A stretch of 64,000 bases of DNA from Eledone cirrhosa (GCA_964016885.1 OZ024741.1:240684001-240748000), one strand, 5' to 3'; shown: positions 1 through 11,500, numbered from the stretch's first letter. Program-made: numbers and translations. Notes: generated by a model not told the origin, from the letters alone.

Positions 1-358
<358 letters not shown>

Positions 359-359
359 A

Positions 360-727
360 AACCTACTACAGCCAGTAGGCATCTCTAACAAAATACCACC
401 CCACCCCATCCACACCACCCCGTTCTATGTAAAGTTATGTTGGTGCCACACCATCCAGGCCGAAACAAATGAGATCGTGTAGGTGTCACGACAAAAAAAC
501 ACACAGTCCACACTGTAATGTGGCCGTGTAGGCAACACGGTAAAAACCTCCCAGACCCACACTGTAAATGTGGTTGGTGTTAGGAAGGGCATCCAACTGT
601 AGAAAACCTGCCAGACAGTCCTATGCGAGCAAGACAATCACTCTTGCCTCAAGTGGGACTACCCCCGTCCAAACCCATGCAAGCGTGGAACACGGACGTT
701 AAACGTTGATGATGATGATGATGATGA
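360..727 (+). mobile_element. SINE-like retroposon family B (RTE-type 3' tail, (GAT)n end)
   Basis: Core tggttggtgttaggaagggcatccaactgtagaaaacc and tail cccgtccaaacccatgcaagcgtggaacacggacgttaaacg(atg)n; reverse-oriented homologues at ~2970-3200, 3888-4180, 16205-16432 and 55945-56240. Confidence 0.8.
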
Positions 728-892
728 TATATATATATGTATATATATATATATAAGTAGAAGTTGTATTTAATTTGTTGGAAATCCAACAAACATAAAT
801 GTTTATAACTGATTTAGAGCACTCAACAGTGAATTTCCAACCGATAAGGTATGATTTTCATGGGTATGTCTCTATTTATAAAACAAACTTTG

Positions 893-957
893 TATTTTAT
901 CTGATGAAAACGTACCAATGTTGTCTTGGTTGCCCTTGAAATATATATAATAAAATA
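893..957 (+). ncRNA. Minimal type I hammerhead ribozyme motif (Penelope-like pLTR type)
   Basis: Stem I tattttat(893-900)/ataaaata(950-957); CTGATGA 901-907; imperfect stem II with accaa/ttggt; GAAA 938-941; minimal stem III with palindromic ATAT loop; AUA cleavage triplet 947-949; inside a (TA)n-flanked segment (756-1001). Confidence 0.7.
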
Positions 958-1024
958 AATATGGTTTTATAAATATACTTTCCATTTATTTAATATCATT
1001 CTATATATATATATATATATATAT

Positions 1025-1440
1025 AAATAGCTTAGAGTTTAGACTCAAAGGGGTCATTTACAATCATTTCAGCTCTAGGAATCGCTTCTGAGCAGTATAA
1101 ATTAATATTTGATGAACATTTACATGTTTTAGTTGCAATTGACTAATAAGATCGCTAGAGTGAAAAATCTTAATTCAACAACATAAGGTCTGCCTGTACG
1201 ATCTAGAAAATAATAAATCAATACTCACAGACTCATATGGGCAAAAAGCCTTGGTACCTAGACACGTTTAAAATTCAAAATACAAACTTTTTCCGTAGAT
1301 CGGTCAGAACTTCAAACTTCAAACATGTTTCACAAAGAATGGTATAATAGTAAAATAATTAACTAATTAGCAGTGAGTTAATCAACTTTTTCTGTGTTTA
1401 TCAATTGCTACTAAAACATGTAAATGTTCATCAAATATTA

Positions 1441-1447
<7 letters not shown>
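1025..1447. mobile_element. (TA)n-embedded element with 47-bp inverted repeats
   Basis: 1096-1142 and 1401-1447 are reverse complements (one mismatch); ~70 nt of extra sequence lies outside the left repeat before the next (TA)n. Confidence 0.7.
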
Positions 1448-1471
<24 letters not shown>

Positions 1472-1764
1472 TTTTTAAAATTTTATTTTTTTATTAATTT
1501 TTTTTTACTATTCCAGAAACTACCGGCAAGGAATAGATGCAATTGAAGCTTTCTTGTATTAGTTGGCTTTATTACTACTCTCCCCTCTCCCCGTTGATAA
1601 ATTTGCATGAGTTATTCTATATTTACATCCTCTCTGGTTTGGATATATTTTATCTGTCTTTTCATTGAGATGTTCAGTATATTTGTGACAATTAACCTCA
1701 TGTGATCTGTATGTACGTATATATATATAGTAATAATTATGAAGACCAAAATCCGAAGAGGGCT

Positions 1765-1875
1765 CATCATCATCATCACCATCGTCATCATTTTACGTCC
1801 GCTTTTCTCTGCTTGCAAAGGTTGGACGGGTCCTATTCACCACAGCATCTCTCCACTTGTCGCGGTCCTTTGCTC
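1765..1875 (-). mobile_element. RTE-clade LINE 3' end
   Basis: Minus strand reads KDRDKWRDAV (RTE ORF C-terminal DRxxWR motif), then acccgtccaacctttgcaagc...cggacgtaaaa(tga)n tail. Confidence 0.7.
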
Positions 1876-1930
1876 AATAGAGATTAAAGGGTGGAAGCAA
1901 CTATTCTTTGCTTAAACTTTAATCTGTACT

Positions 1931-1961
<31 letters not shown>

Positions 1962-1976
1962 GTTTTAATATAGATG

Positions 1977-2027
1977 AGATTCTACAGGGCTAGAACTGTT
2001 TCATTCTTTAGAAATCATCAGGAATCT
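1977..2027 (-). ncRNA. Type I hammerhead ribozyme motif
   Basis: Minus strand: agattc-CTGATGA-tttctaaagaat-GAAA-cag-ttctagcc-ctg-TA-gaatct, giving a 6-bp stem I, short stem II, stem III and a GUA cleavage triplet; inside a (TA)n-flanked segment (1961-2252). Confidence 0.75.
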
Positions 2028-2049
2028 GGGTATCAAAAAATAAGTATGG

Positions 2050-2111
2050 TATTTATAGGTCTCTTCAAGTGGTAGGAGAGGGTAGGGAGTGGGATGGGTG
2101 TAGGTCATTGG
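2050..2111 (-). promoter_or_regulatory. Putative CCAAT + TATA promoter upstream of the hammerhead
   Basis: Minus strand CCAAT (2111-2107) and TATAAATA (2057-2050), about 25 nt upstream of hammerhead stem I; motif match only. Confidence 0.3.
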
Positions 2112-2249
2112 TTGATAGAAAAGGGAATTCATTAAAAGCTAATTCTTCAAAGCTGTAGTTTAATTTTCTCTTAAGCTAACAGGTGTCTATACTCTGCATT
2201 GTATTGAGTACCTTACTTACTGTGGTTACCTCCGATTCAACCCGGATTA

Positions 2250-2289
<40 letters not shown>

Positions 2290-2523
2290 ATAATAAATTT
2301 GAAGACTAAAATCCAAAGAGGGCTCGATAAGGATAAATATATATCAAATATATAAGAACCGTAGAGCAAATATTTATTAAAATAACAGATTAAAGTTCAA
2401 GCAAAGAATCGCTGCTTTCACCCCTAACGGGATCTTCTGAAACTAAAAAAATCAATCTGTGAACGCAGAAGTAAATATTTCGAAAAAACGTTGCAACCGA
2501 AGGAAGACAGGAAGATGATACTT

Positions 2524-2807
2524 TGGTTCGTGGAAACGTTCCCTGGCAAAAAATGGAAAAAAACGAAGATAATACATCAATATTTGGAGCGGTGAAAACA
2601 ATTACACGCATAGACAAAACCCCGTTTATGTTATAAATGAAGTCGTAGACTAATATTCTATTAGGTGGTTCGTGGAGACATTCTCTGGCAATGAAAGGAA
2701 AAAATGAAGATAATACGTCATTATGTGGATCGATGAGAACAATTACACGCAAAGACAAAACCACGTTTTTGGTATAACTGAAGTCATAGACTAAAATTCT
2801 ATTTAGG
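2524..2807. repeat. 142-bp diverged tandem duplication
   Basis: 2524-2665 and 2666-2807 both start tggttcgtgga and share gaagataatac, acaattacacgc, agacaaaacc and tgaagtc.tagactaa.attctat. Confidence 0.9.
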
Positions 2808-2969
2808 AAACCGAAAGATTCTCGGCTTCAATGCAGAAACAACATCTGAATATTTCTACAAAGAACATACCCATGCCAAGCAGGAAAACATACCTAAAAC
2901 TGCTGATACAGAAAACAGACGCATTCATTGAAAGGTTGCGTTGGCATGGTTGGTGTTAGGATAATGATG

Positions 2970-3200
2970 ATATCATCATCATCATCACCATTTTACGTCC
3001 GTTCTTCCACGCTAGCATGGGTTAGATGGGTTGTCCTGTTGTGGGCAGTGTCCGGTTGGCTGACCATGTATTGCTCATACGGGAACTGATTCAGTGAGTG
3101 CTGGGTGCTTTTTTTCCGTGGCGCCTACACGTCCACTTTACAGTGTGGGCTAAGTCCTTTTTTGCCGTGGCACCTCCACGTCCACTTTGCAGTGGGAGGG
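2970..3200 (-). mobile_element. SINE-like family B copy
   Basis: (cat)n ttttacgtccgttcttccacgctagcatgggttagatggg is the reverse complement of the tail at 660-727. Confidence 0.75.
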
Positions 3201-3336
3201 TGTGGGGGCATATTGTCTATATGCTTCAGCTTCGGCTTGTACCCGATATATTTTCATTGGGCTTATACCATTAAGTTCACATGGAGATATGTCACTATCT
3301 TAACACGAAATATTATATATATATATACACACACAC

Positions 3337-3395
<59 letters not shown>

Positions 3396-3552
3396 CAAGC
3401 ATATCTATGGAAAAATCAACTTCTATCATTTAAAAAAATACATCATTAAACATGGCAATTGCATACCATCGTATATAATTCTTTACTTTCCTTTGAGTAT
3501 TGTTTGTATAGTTTTACCTTTGTTATATATATACATATATATATATATATAC

Positions 3553-3652
3553 ACACTGTTCATTTTCCTGACATTTGCACATTATACTATATGCTATACA
3601 TGCACCTTGTAGGGTTGTAGTGACCTGATCACTGTATACAATAAGTTTCATT
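3553..3652 (+). repeat. Retroposon 3'-UTR-like fragment homologous to 57676-57926
   Basis: acactgttcattttcctgacatttg...tacatgcacctt...cactgtatacaataa matches the duplicated unit at 57.7-57.9 kb. Confidence 0.7.
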
Positions 3653-3653
3653 T

Positions 3654-3853
3654 GGTTGATTGGCAGTATCAGTAGAGGGTTGGACGCCATGCTTTCTAGC
3701 ATAGAGTTACGTCCCTTTATGATCTGAGTTCAAATCCCGCCGAGGTTAACTTTGCCTTTCATCCTTACGGGGTCGATAAAATAAAGTACCAGTAATGTGC
3801 TGGGTAATTGCTGGCCTTGTGCCTAAAGTAGAAACAATTATTATTATTATTAT
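3654..3853 (+). mobile_element. tRNA-derived SINE family A
   Basis: A-box-like tggcagtatcagtagag, B box gagttcaaatcc, core gcctttcatccttacggggtcgataaaataaagtacc (resembles the MetaSINE-type domain, from recall), (att)n tail; many copies in window. Confidence 0.9.
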
Positions 3854-3887
3854 ACCCACATATATGCATGTGTATGTGTGTATGTAT

Positions 3888-4180
3888 CATTATCATCATC
3901 ATCATCATTTAACGTCAATTTTTCCATGCTAGCGTGGGTTAGATGAGTTTCTGTGTTGCGAAACAAATCCGATCAGGTGACTGTGTCTTGCTCATATAGT
4001 ACCGTTTTCTGGCTTGGTTTCTACAGTCGGATGCCGTTCTTAACACAAACCACATTTACAGTGTATACTGGGTGCTTTTTATCATGACATCTACACAACC
4101 ACTTTACAGTCTTGACTGGGCGTTTTTTGTCGTGACACCTACTCAACCACTCCACATGGCACCAAAACAACCACTTCACA
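3888..4180 (-). mobile_element. SINE-like family B copy
   Basis: (cat)n ttaacgtcaatttttccatgctagcgtgggttagatg...ggatgccgttctaacacaaaccacatttacagtg, reverse homologue of 360-727. Confidence 0.8.
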
Positions 4181-4575
4181 GTGTGGGGTGGGGAATTGAG
4201 TGGGGTTTGGGGAGGTAGATCTAGGGACATGGGTGGGGTGTTAGGACGTGGAAAGTGAAGGTGCATACTAGTTGTTTGTTTCAACCAGTGCACAGAGTAA
4301 GGCGGGTTGTCTGTATTACAGCATAAGCCAGAGATCTCGGTCCTCTGTCATGCCTTTGAGAAGTGCAATTACACAAGGTCAGCTTTTATCACCTCACTCC
4401 AACTTTTTGTAGGTCTTCCTACTCCATAGCTTCCATCAACTTTGAGTGCTCTGCACCTTTTTATACAGCTGTCATTCTTCATATGCATCACATATTCATA
4501 CAAACGCAATCTCCTCTCCTGCCCATTGCATCTGATTCCTCTTATGCCCAGTTTCTCTCTCAGTTCATTTATGTT

Positions 4576-4599
4576 TCAAATACGTATATATGTGTGTAC

Positions 4600-4646
<47 letters not shown>

Positions 4647-4708
4647 TACATATGTAAGTATGAGTGTACATATATGAATTTATGTAACTATATATATGTA
4701 TATGTCTC

Positions 4709-4742
<34 letters not shown>

Positions 4743-4825
4743 GTGTGTATGTGTGTATGCATATATTTATGCATATATATATGCATATATATATATATGT
4801 ATATATATATGCATATATATATATA

Positions 4826-4881
<56 letters not shown>

Positions 4882-4891
4882 TATATATATA

Positions 4892-4969
<78 letters not shown>

Positions 4970-5150
4970 TATATATATATATGCATATATATATATATAT
5001 GAAATATGTATAACAGAGTTATATGGCCTACAATCTGTTATTAATATATATATGTATACACACATATTCCTTATTAATCGTAAATGTTTACTTCCAACGT
5101 TTGCTGATACTCTCTTCTCAAAACAGTACATTTATTTAGAAAGAATGTGA

Positions 5151-5238
<88 letters not shown>
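4576..5238. repeat. Compound (TA)n/(CT)n/(GT)n microsatellite block
   Basis: TA runs punctuated by tgca, a CT run at ~4705-4728 and a GT run at ~5188-5236. Confidence 0.95.
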
Positions 5239-5359
5239 CAGAAAACCCTGTATCCTCCAATATGTAATCTTACTACAGTGGAAGGATATTATCTGCCATT
5301 AATCCACCAACATGACACATGGAAATGGAAACACACCGACTCTGGCAATATAACAGTTA

Positions 5360-6427
5360 ATAATTATTTCTACTTTTGGCACAAGGCCACCAATCACCCA
5401 GTACATTACTGGTACTTTATTTTATCGACCCCGTAAGGATGAAAGGCAAAGTTAACCTCGGCGGGATTTTGAACTCAGGTCGTAAAGGGACGTAACTCTT
5501 TGCGTCAAAGCATGGCGTCCGACCCTCTACTGATACTGCCAATCCTCAGTTAATAATGTTAGCATAAATAATATAAATAATTGTTTCTACTTTTGGCACA
5601 AGGCCAGCAATTATCCCAGTACATTACTGGTACTTTATTTTATCGATGAAAGGCAAAGTTAACCTCGGCGGAATTTGAACACTGATCATAAAGGGCCGTA
5701 ACTCTTTGCTGCAAAGCATGGTGTCAGACCCTCTACCGATACTGCCAGTCCACCAAATAATATAAATAATGGTTTCTGAGTTAGGCACAAGGCCAGCAAT
5801 TTTGGGGAGAGGAAAGTCGATAAAATAGACCTCAGTGTGTGACTGGTATTATATTTTATCAACCTCGTGAGAATGAAAGGCAAAGTTAACCTCGGCAGGA
5901 TTTGAACTTTAGAACGTAAAGGGGCTTAACTCTATGCTGCAAAGCATGGTGTCTGACAATCTACCGATACTGCCAACCCACCAAATAATAATAATAATGG
6001 TTTCTGATTTAGGCACAAGGCCAACAATTTTGGGGGAGGGGAAAGTCAATTAAATTGGCCCTTTACATTCTGAGTTAAAATCCCACTGAGGTTAGCTTTG
6101 TCTTTCATCCTTATGGGGTCGATAAAATAAAGCACCAATAATGTGCTGGGGTCAATTTGATCGACTTTCCTCTTCCCCAAAATTTCTGGCCTTGTGCCTA
6201 TAGTAGAAACAATTATTATTATTATCCTTTGTGGATTGGTGGTGGATTGGCAGTATCGGTAGAGGGTCGGACGCCATGCTTTGCAGAGTTACGGCCCTTT
6301 ATGGTCTGAGTTCAAATCCCGCCGAGGTTAACTTTGCCTTTCATCCTTAGGGGGTCGATAAAATAAAGTACCAGTAATACACTGGGATATTTTCTGGCCT
6401 TGTGCCAATAGTAGAAACAATTATTAT
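5360..6427. mobile_element. Cluster of six family-A SINE copies or fragments (four minus, then two plus)
   Basis: Minus ~5360-5545, 5577-5753, 5766-5983 and 5990-6058 (3' part); plus ~6059-6225 (5'-truncated) and 6239-6427; shared core and ggccttgtgcc tail. Confidence 0.9.
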
Positions 6428-6522
6428 CCTTTGTTCACATCTTTTAGTGTTACTTCAGTTACTTAAGACTCCAAATCAGGCTTAACATAAACATTCAACA
6501 TGGAGAATGACTGATTTTTCTC

Positions 6523-7075
6523 TTATTCAATAGACAAATCTTTTTGAAGAATATGTGCTGCCCTCTAAAAAGCACTGATTTTTGACGAGTACTTACCTTG
6601 TACTTTATGCTGAGTTTTTTAACATGGTTATGGAAATGATGCCAGGAACGATGCATATCTCATTATTCCACATCCTTGCTATTTCTGCTCTACACTCAGA
6701 TTAATTTCCTTACTTCTCATCTCCCTTTTCCATCAGATTGGTATCCACTAGGCAAGCTATGTCAATTATGAAACCCTTATTTGCCATTTTCTCAATCACT
6801 GCAATATCACTGTCTGTGTTTAATCTCTTTATCCGTTTGAATGCTTATATCCCACAATATTTTAACACTTTTGTTTTCTAACACAGATTATGGTTTCTGC
6901 TTATACTATTTTTCAACAACATTAGTACCATACTTCTTGCACAATATCCAATACAGATTAACACAAACCTTGTCATGCCTCTTTTTGTATTCTTTTTGTG
7001 TCAGTGTTTCACAGCTGCTGACAATATGTAACACATTCTCCACATGAATTCTTCACAATCTACATTTGTTTGACA
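6523..7075 (-). pseudogene. R4/Dong-like RLE non-LTR retrotransposon C-terminal remnant
   Basis: Minus translation KCRL*RIHVENVLHIVSSCETLTQKEYKKRHDKVCVNLYWILCKKYG...ENKSVKILWDISIQTDKEIKHR/DIAVIEK...FIIDIACLVDTN...EIARMW matches a CCHC knuckle + RHD + PD..D restriction-like endonuclease; has stops and a frameshift. Confidence 0.88.
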
Positions 7076-7344
7076 TCCATTTTGCAAATTCCTCTCTTTA
7101 ACCACTGCATTAAAAAAAAAATTTACTTGGGTTTCTGGAAGAACAGGGACAGAGAAATTTTGAATTGACATCTGTACAGAATGTCTGCAGAAGATGACAA
7201 TATTAGAAACAGTTCAGATTGTGAGGAAGGTTCTTGAAACATAAGCAAAGAAAGACACATCTAAGAGTCTTTGTGTTTTAGTAATTCGTTATGACCCGCT
7301 CTCTCAGCATAATAATCAGCATAAGATGAGGTTCTTGAAATGAA

Positions 7345-7805
7345 ATAATAATAATTGTTTCTACTTTTGGCACAAGGCCAGCAATTATCCAGTACATTAC
7401 TGGTACTTTATTTTATCGACCCCGTAAGGATGAAAGGCAAAGTTAACCTCGGCGGGATAATAATAATGGTTTCTGATTTAGGCCATCAATTTGGGGGAGG
7501 GAGAAAGTCGATTAAATCCATCCCAGTGCATTACTGGTACTTTATTTTATCAATCCCGTAAAGATATAGGGTTAGGATTAAGGTTAGAAATTACATAAAA
7601 ATGGTGTGTGTGTGGGGGGGGGGGGTGGTAGTTAACAAAGAAGAGAATGTAAGAAAATAGACATGAAAACATAAAATGATTAATTGATTCTGTAAAGATG
7701 AAAGGTAAAGTTGACCTTGGTGGGATTTTAACTCAGAATATAAAGGGACGTAACTATGCTAGAAAGCATGGCGTCCAACCCTCTACCGATACTGCCAATT
7801 CACCG
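7345..7805 (-). mobile_element. Fragmented family-A SINE copies
   Basis: Core and tail fragments at 7345-7560; 5' head (aactcagaat...ctctaccgatactgccaattcaccg) at 7690-7805. Confidence 0.8.
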
Positions 7806-8084
7806 CGCTTATAATAATAATAATAGTAGCTTATTTGCCATAAGGGGGGGGGGGGTGTAGCCGAGGAGATATTATGAAGAGAAATTACATAAAAATAGTG
7901 TGTGTGTTTGTGTGTGTGTGTTTGTTTATGTCTGTGGTGGGTTCACAGAGAATCAAGCATGAGAACACAGACAAGGAAATGAACTGAAAGTTCTTATGGT
8001 CAACCAAGGAACATCACAGATTATGAATTACAACTTAGTTCCAAGAGCAAACGCTCCCTCTCGGTTGCATTTCGTTGGTCTCCA

Positions 8085-8322
8085 GATGTATGTTGAGCGG
8101 TGGATGCATTCAAATAGATTGCATTCACCACTCTCACCCACCACCTTCCAACAAACTTTACTAGGGTGGGAGAAGTCTTCCTCTCCACACATACCTTCTG
8201 CTCTAAGTAGAACTTGAAGAAGTTGATAAGGGTTTGGCTAAAGAAGAAAAGTTCTGTCCTCTCTCCTTTAAATCTTGACCACCATACAAATTCTTTTGCT
8301 ACGGCCACCTGACAGCAGCAGC
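8085..8322 (-). pseudogene. L1/Tx1-like LINE ORF2 C-terminal remnant
   Basis: VAVAKEFVWWSR...LINFFKFYLEQKVCVER...KFVGRWW resembles the AKxxIWxxR...F...RW terminus of Tx1-type ORF2. Confidence 0.6.
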
Positions 8323-8330
8323 TGTGGGCT

Positions 8331-8512
8331 GGAAGAGGCCCCCACACCAGATGGCTGGGCATGATTAAGGAAGATCTCCAGAGGCTCAATGTTACCTTGG
8401 AGGATGCAGTGAGGCTGGCACAGGACCATTAGCGATGGAAGGCACAGGTGGACCTGGTTAGCTCTATACACGATGATGCCTCTGGGGTCACTGACCTCAG
8501 ATGATGATGATG
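8331..8512 (+). pseudogene. RTE-clade LINE 3' end with (GAT)n tail
   Basis: GRGPHTRWLGMIKEDLQRLNVTLEDAVRLAQDH*RWKAQV fits the GRPxxRW..DL..AQDRxxWR RTE terminus; ends gatgatgatgat. Confidence 0.85.
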
Positions 8513-11500
8513 AGGACAATGATGGGTATGGTAGTAAGGGTGATGATGAGGATGATGGCGATGGTAGTGCTGGTAGTGGTGGTGGTAGTGGTGGTGTTGA
8601 TAATGATTTTGACAGCAGTTTTAGTAGTAATGGAGATGGTGATGATAGTGTTGGTAGTGGTGGCAGTGGTGATGATGGTAGTGATGGCTGTAGTGGTGAA
8701 GATGGTATTAATGGTGATGGCAGTGTTAATGGTAGAAGTGATAATAGTGTGGTGGTGATATTGATGGTAGTGCTGGTGATAATGGTGTTAGTGTTAGTAG
8801 TGATAGTGATAGTGGAGGAGGTCATAGTGCTGGTGGTATTAGTGATGTAGTTGGTAGTGGTGGCAATGATGATGGTAGTGTTAATGGTACTAGTGATGGT
8901 GGTAATGGTGGGGGTGATGGAAGTGATGGTAGTGGTGCTGGTGGTGATGGAAGTGATGGTATTGGTGCTGGTGGTGATGGAAGTGATGGTAGTGGTGGTG
9001 GTGGTGATGGAAGTGATGGTAATGGTGGAGATGATGGTAGTGGTGCTGGTGGTGATGGAAGTGATGGTAGTGGTGGTGGTGGTGATGGAAGGGATGGTAG
9101 TGGTGGTGGTGGTGATGGAAGGGAAGGTAGTGGTGATGGTGGTGATGGAAGTGATGGTAGTGGTGGTGGTAGTGATGGAAGTGATGGTAGTGGTGCTGGT
9201 GGTGATGGAAGTGATGGTAGTGGTGGTGGTGGTAATGGTAGTGGTGCTGGTGGTGATGGAAGTGATGGTAGTGGTGCTGGTGGTGATGGAAGTGATGGTA
9301 GTGGTGGTGGTGGTGATGGAAGTGATGGTAGTGGTGGTGGTGGTGATGGAAGTGATGGTAGTGGTGGTGGTGGTGATGGAAGTGATGGTAGTGGTGGTGG
9401 TGGTGATGGAAGTGATGGTAGTGGTGGTGGTGGTGATGGAAGTGATGGTAGTGGTGGTGGTGGTGATGGAAGTGATGGTAGTGGTGCTGGTGTTGATGGA
9501 AGTGATGGTAGTGGTGGTGGTGGTGATGGAAGTGATGGTAGTGGTGGTGGTGGTGATGGAAGGGATGGTAGTGGAGCTGGTGGTGATGGAAGTGATGGTA
9601 GTGGTGGTGGTGGTGATGGAAGTGATGGTAGTGGTGCTGGTGGTGATGGAAGTGATGGTAGTGGTGGTGGTGGTGATGGTAGTGGTGCTGGTGGTGATGG
9701 AAGTGATGGTAGTGGTGGTGGTGGTGATGGAAGTGATGGTAGTGGTGGTGGTGGTGATGGAAGTGATGGTAGTGGTGATGGTGGTGATGGTAGTGGTGGT
9801 AGTGGTGGTGGTGATGGAAGTGATGGTAGTGGTGCTGGTGGTGGTGATGGAAGTGACGGTAGTGGTGGTGGTGGTGATGGAAGTGATGGTAGTGGTGGTG
9901 GTGGTGATGGAAGTGATGGTAGTGGTAGTGGTGGTGATGGAAGTGATGGTAGTGGTGGTGGTGGTGATGGAAGTGATGGTAGTTCTGGTGGTGGTGATGG
10001 AAGTGATGGTAGTGGTGGTGGTGGTGATGGAAGTGATGGTAGTGGTGGTGGTGGTGATGGAAGGGATGGTAGTGGTGGTGGTGGTGATGGAAGTGATGGT
10101 AGTGGTGGTGGTGGTGATGGTAGTGATGGTAGTGGTGGTGGTGGTGCTGGTGGTGATGGAAGTGATGGTAGTGGTGGTGGTGGTGATGGAAGTGATGGTA
10201 GTGGTGGTGGTGGTGCTGGTGGTGATGGAAGTGATGGTAGTGGTGCTGGTGGTGATGGAAGTGATGGTAGTGGTGGTGGTGGTGCTGGTGGTGATGGAAG
10301 TGATGGTAGTGGTGGTGGTGGTGATGGAAGTGAAGGTAGTGGTGATGGTGGTGATGGAAGTGATGGTAGTGGTGCTGGTGGTGATGGTGGTGATGGAAGT
10401 GATGGTAGTGGTGGTGGTGGTGATGGAAGTGAAGGTAGTGGTGATGGTGGTGATGGAAGTGATGGTAGTGGTGGTGGTGGTGATGGTGGTGATGGAAGTG
10501 ATGGTAGTGGTGGTGGTGGTGATGGAAGTGATGGTAGTGGTGATGGTGGTGATGGTGGTGATGGAAGTGATGTTAGTGGTGCTGGTGGTGATGGAAGTGA
10601 TGGTAGTGGTGCTGGTGGTGATGGTGGTGATGGAAGTGATGGTAGTGGTGGTGGTGGTGATGGAAGTGATGGTAGTGGTGATGGTGGTGATGGAAGTGAT
10701 GGTAGTGGTGGTGGTGATGGAAGTGATGGTAGTGGTGCTGGTGGTGATGGAAGTGATGGTAGTGGTGCTGGTGGTGCTGGTGGTGATGGTGGTGATGGAA
10801 GTGATGGTAGTGGTGATGGAAGTGATGGTAGTGGTGCTGGTGGTGATGGTAGTGGTGGTAGTGGTGCTGGTGGTGATGGTGGTGATGGAAGTGATGGTAG
10901 TGGTGGTGGTGGTGATGGAAGTGATGGTATTGGTGGTGGTGGTGATGGAAGTGATGGTAGTGGTGGTGGTGGTGATGGAAGTGATGGTAGTGGTGGTGAT
11001 GGTGGTGATGGTGGTGATGGTAGGGTGCTGGTGGTGATCGAAGTGATGGTAGTGGTGGTGGTGGTGATGGAAGTGATGGTAATGGTGGTGGTGGTGATGG
11101 AAGTGATGGTATTGGTGGTGGTGGTGATGGAAGTGATGGTAGTGGTGATGGTGGTGATGGAAGGGATGGTAGTGGTGATGGTGGTGATGGAAGGGATGGT
11201 AGTGGTGATGGTGGTGATGGAAGGGATGGTAGTGTTGGTGGTGGTGATGGAAGTGATGGTAGTGGTGATGGTGGTGATGGAAGGGATGGTAGTGGTGATG
11301 GTGGTGATGGAAGGGATGGTAGTGTTGGTGGTGGTGATGGAAGGGATGGTAGTGGTGGTGGTGGTGATGGAAGTGATGGTAGTGGTGGTGGTGGTGATGG
11401 AAGTGATGGTATAGGTGGTGGTGGTGATGGAAGTGATGGTAGTGGTGGTGGTGGTGATGGAAGTGATGGTAGTGGTGGTGGTGGTGATGGAAGTGATGGT

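Noticed and set aside
2509-2560. RKMILWF resembling the Penelope RT motif RKIIWFNPP
   Set aside because: Similarity stops after WF, the frame soon hits stops, and it overlaps a non-triplet duplication.
3654-3740. tRNA gene
   Set aside because: The A/B boxes belong to SINE heads; spacing is too long and there is no cloverleaf.
4363-5436. YI/CV/HT-rich ORFs here and at 13574-14104 and 59508-61844
   Set aside because: Translations of dinucleotide microsatellites.
7567-7590. Telomere-like agggttaggattaaggttag
   Set aside because: Only about 3 degenerate units; not a meaningful interstitial telomere.
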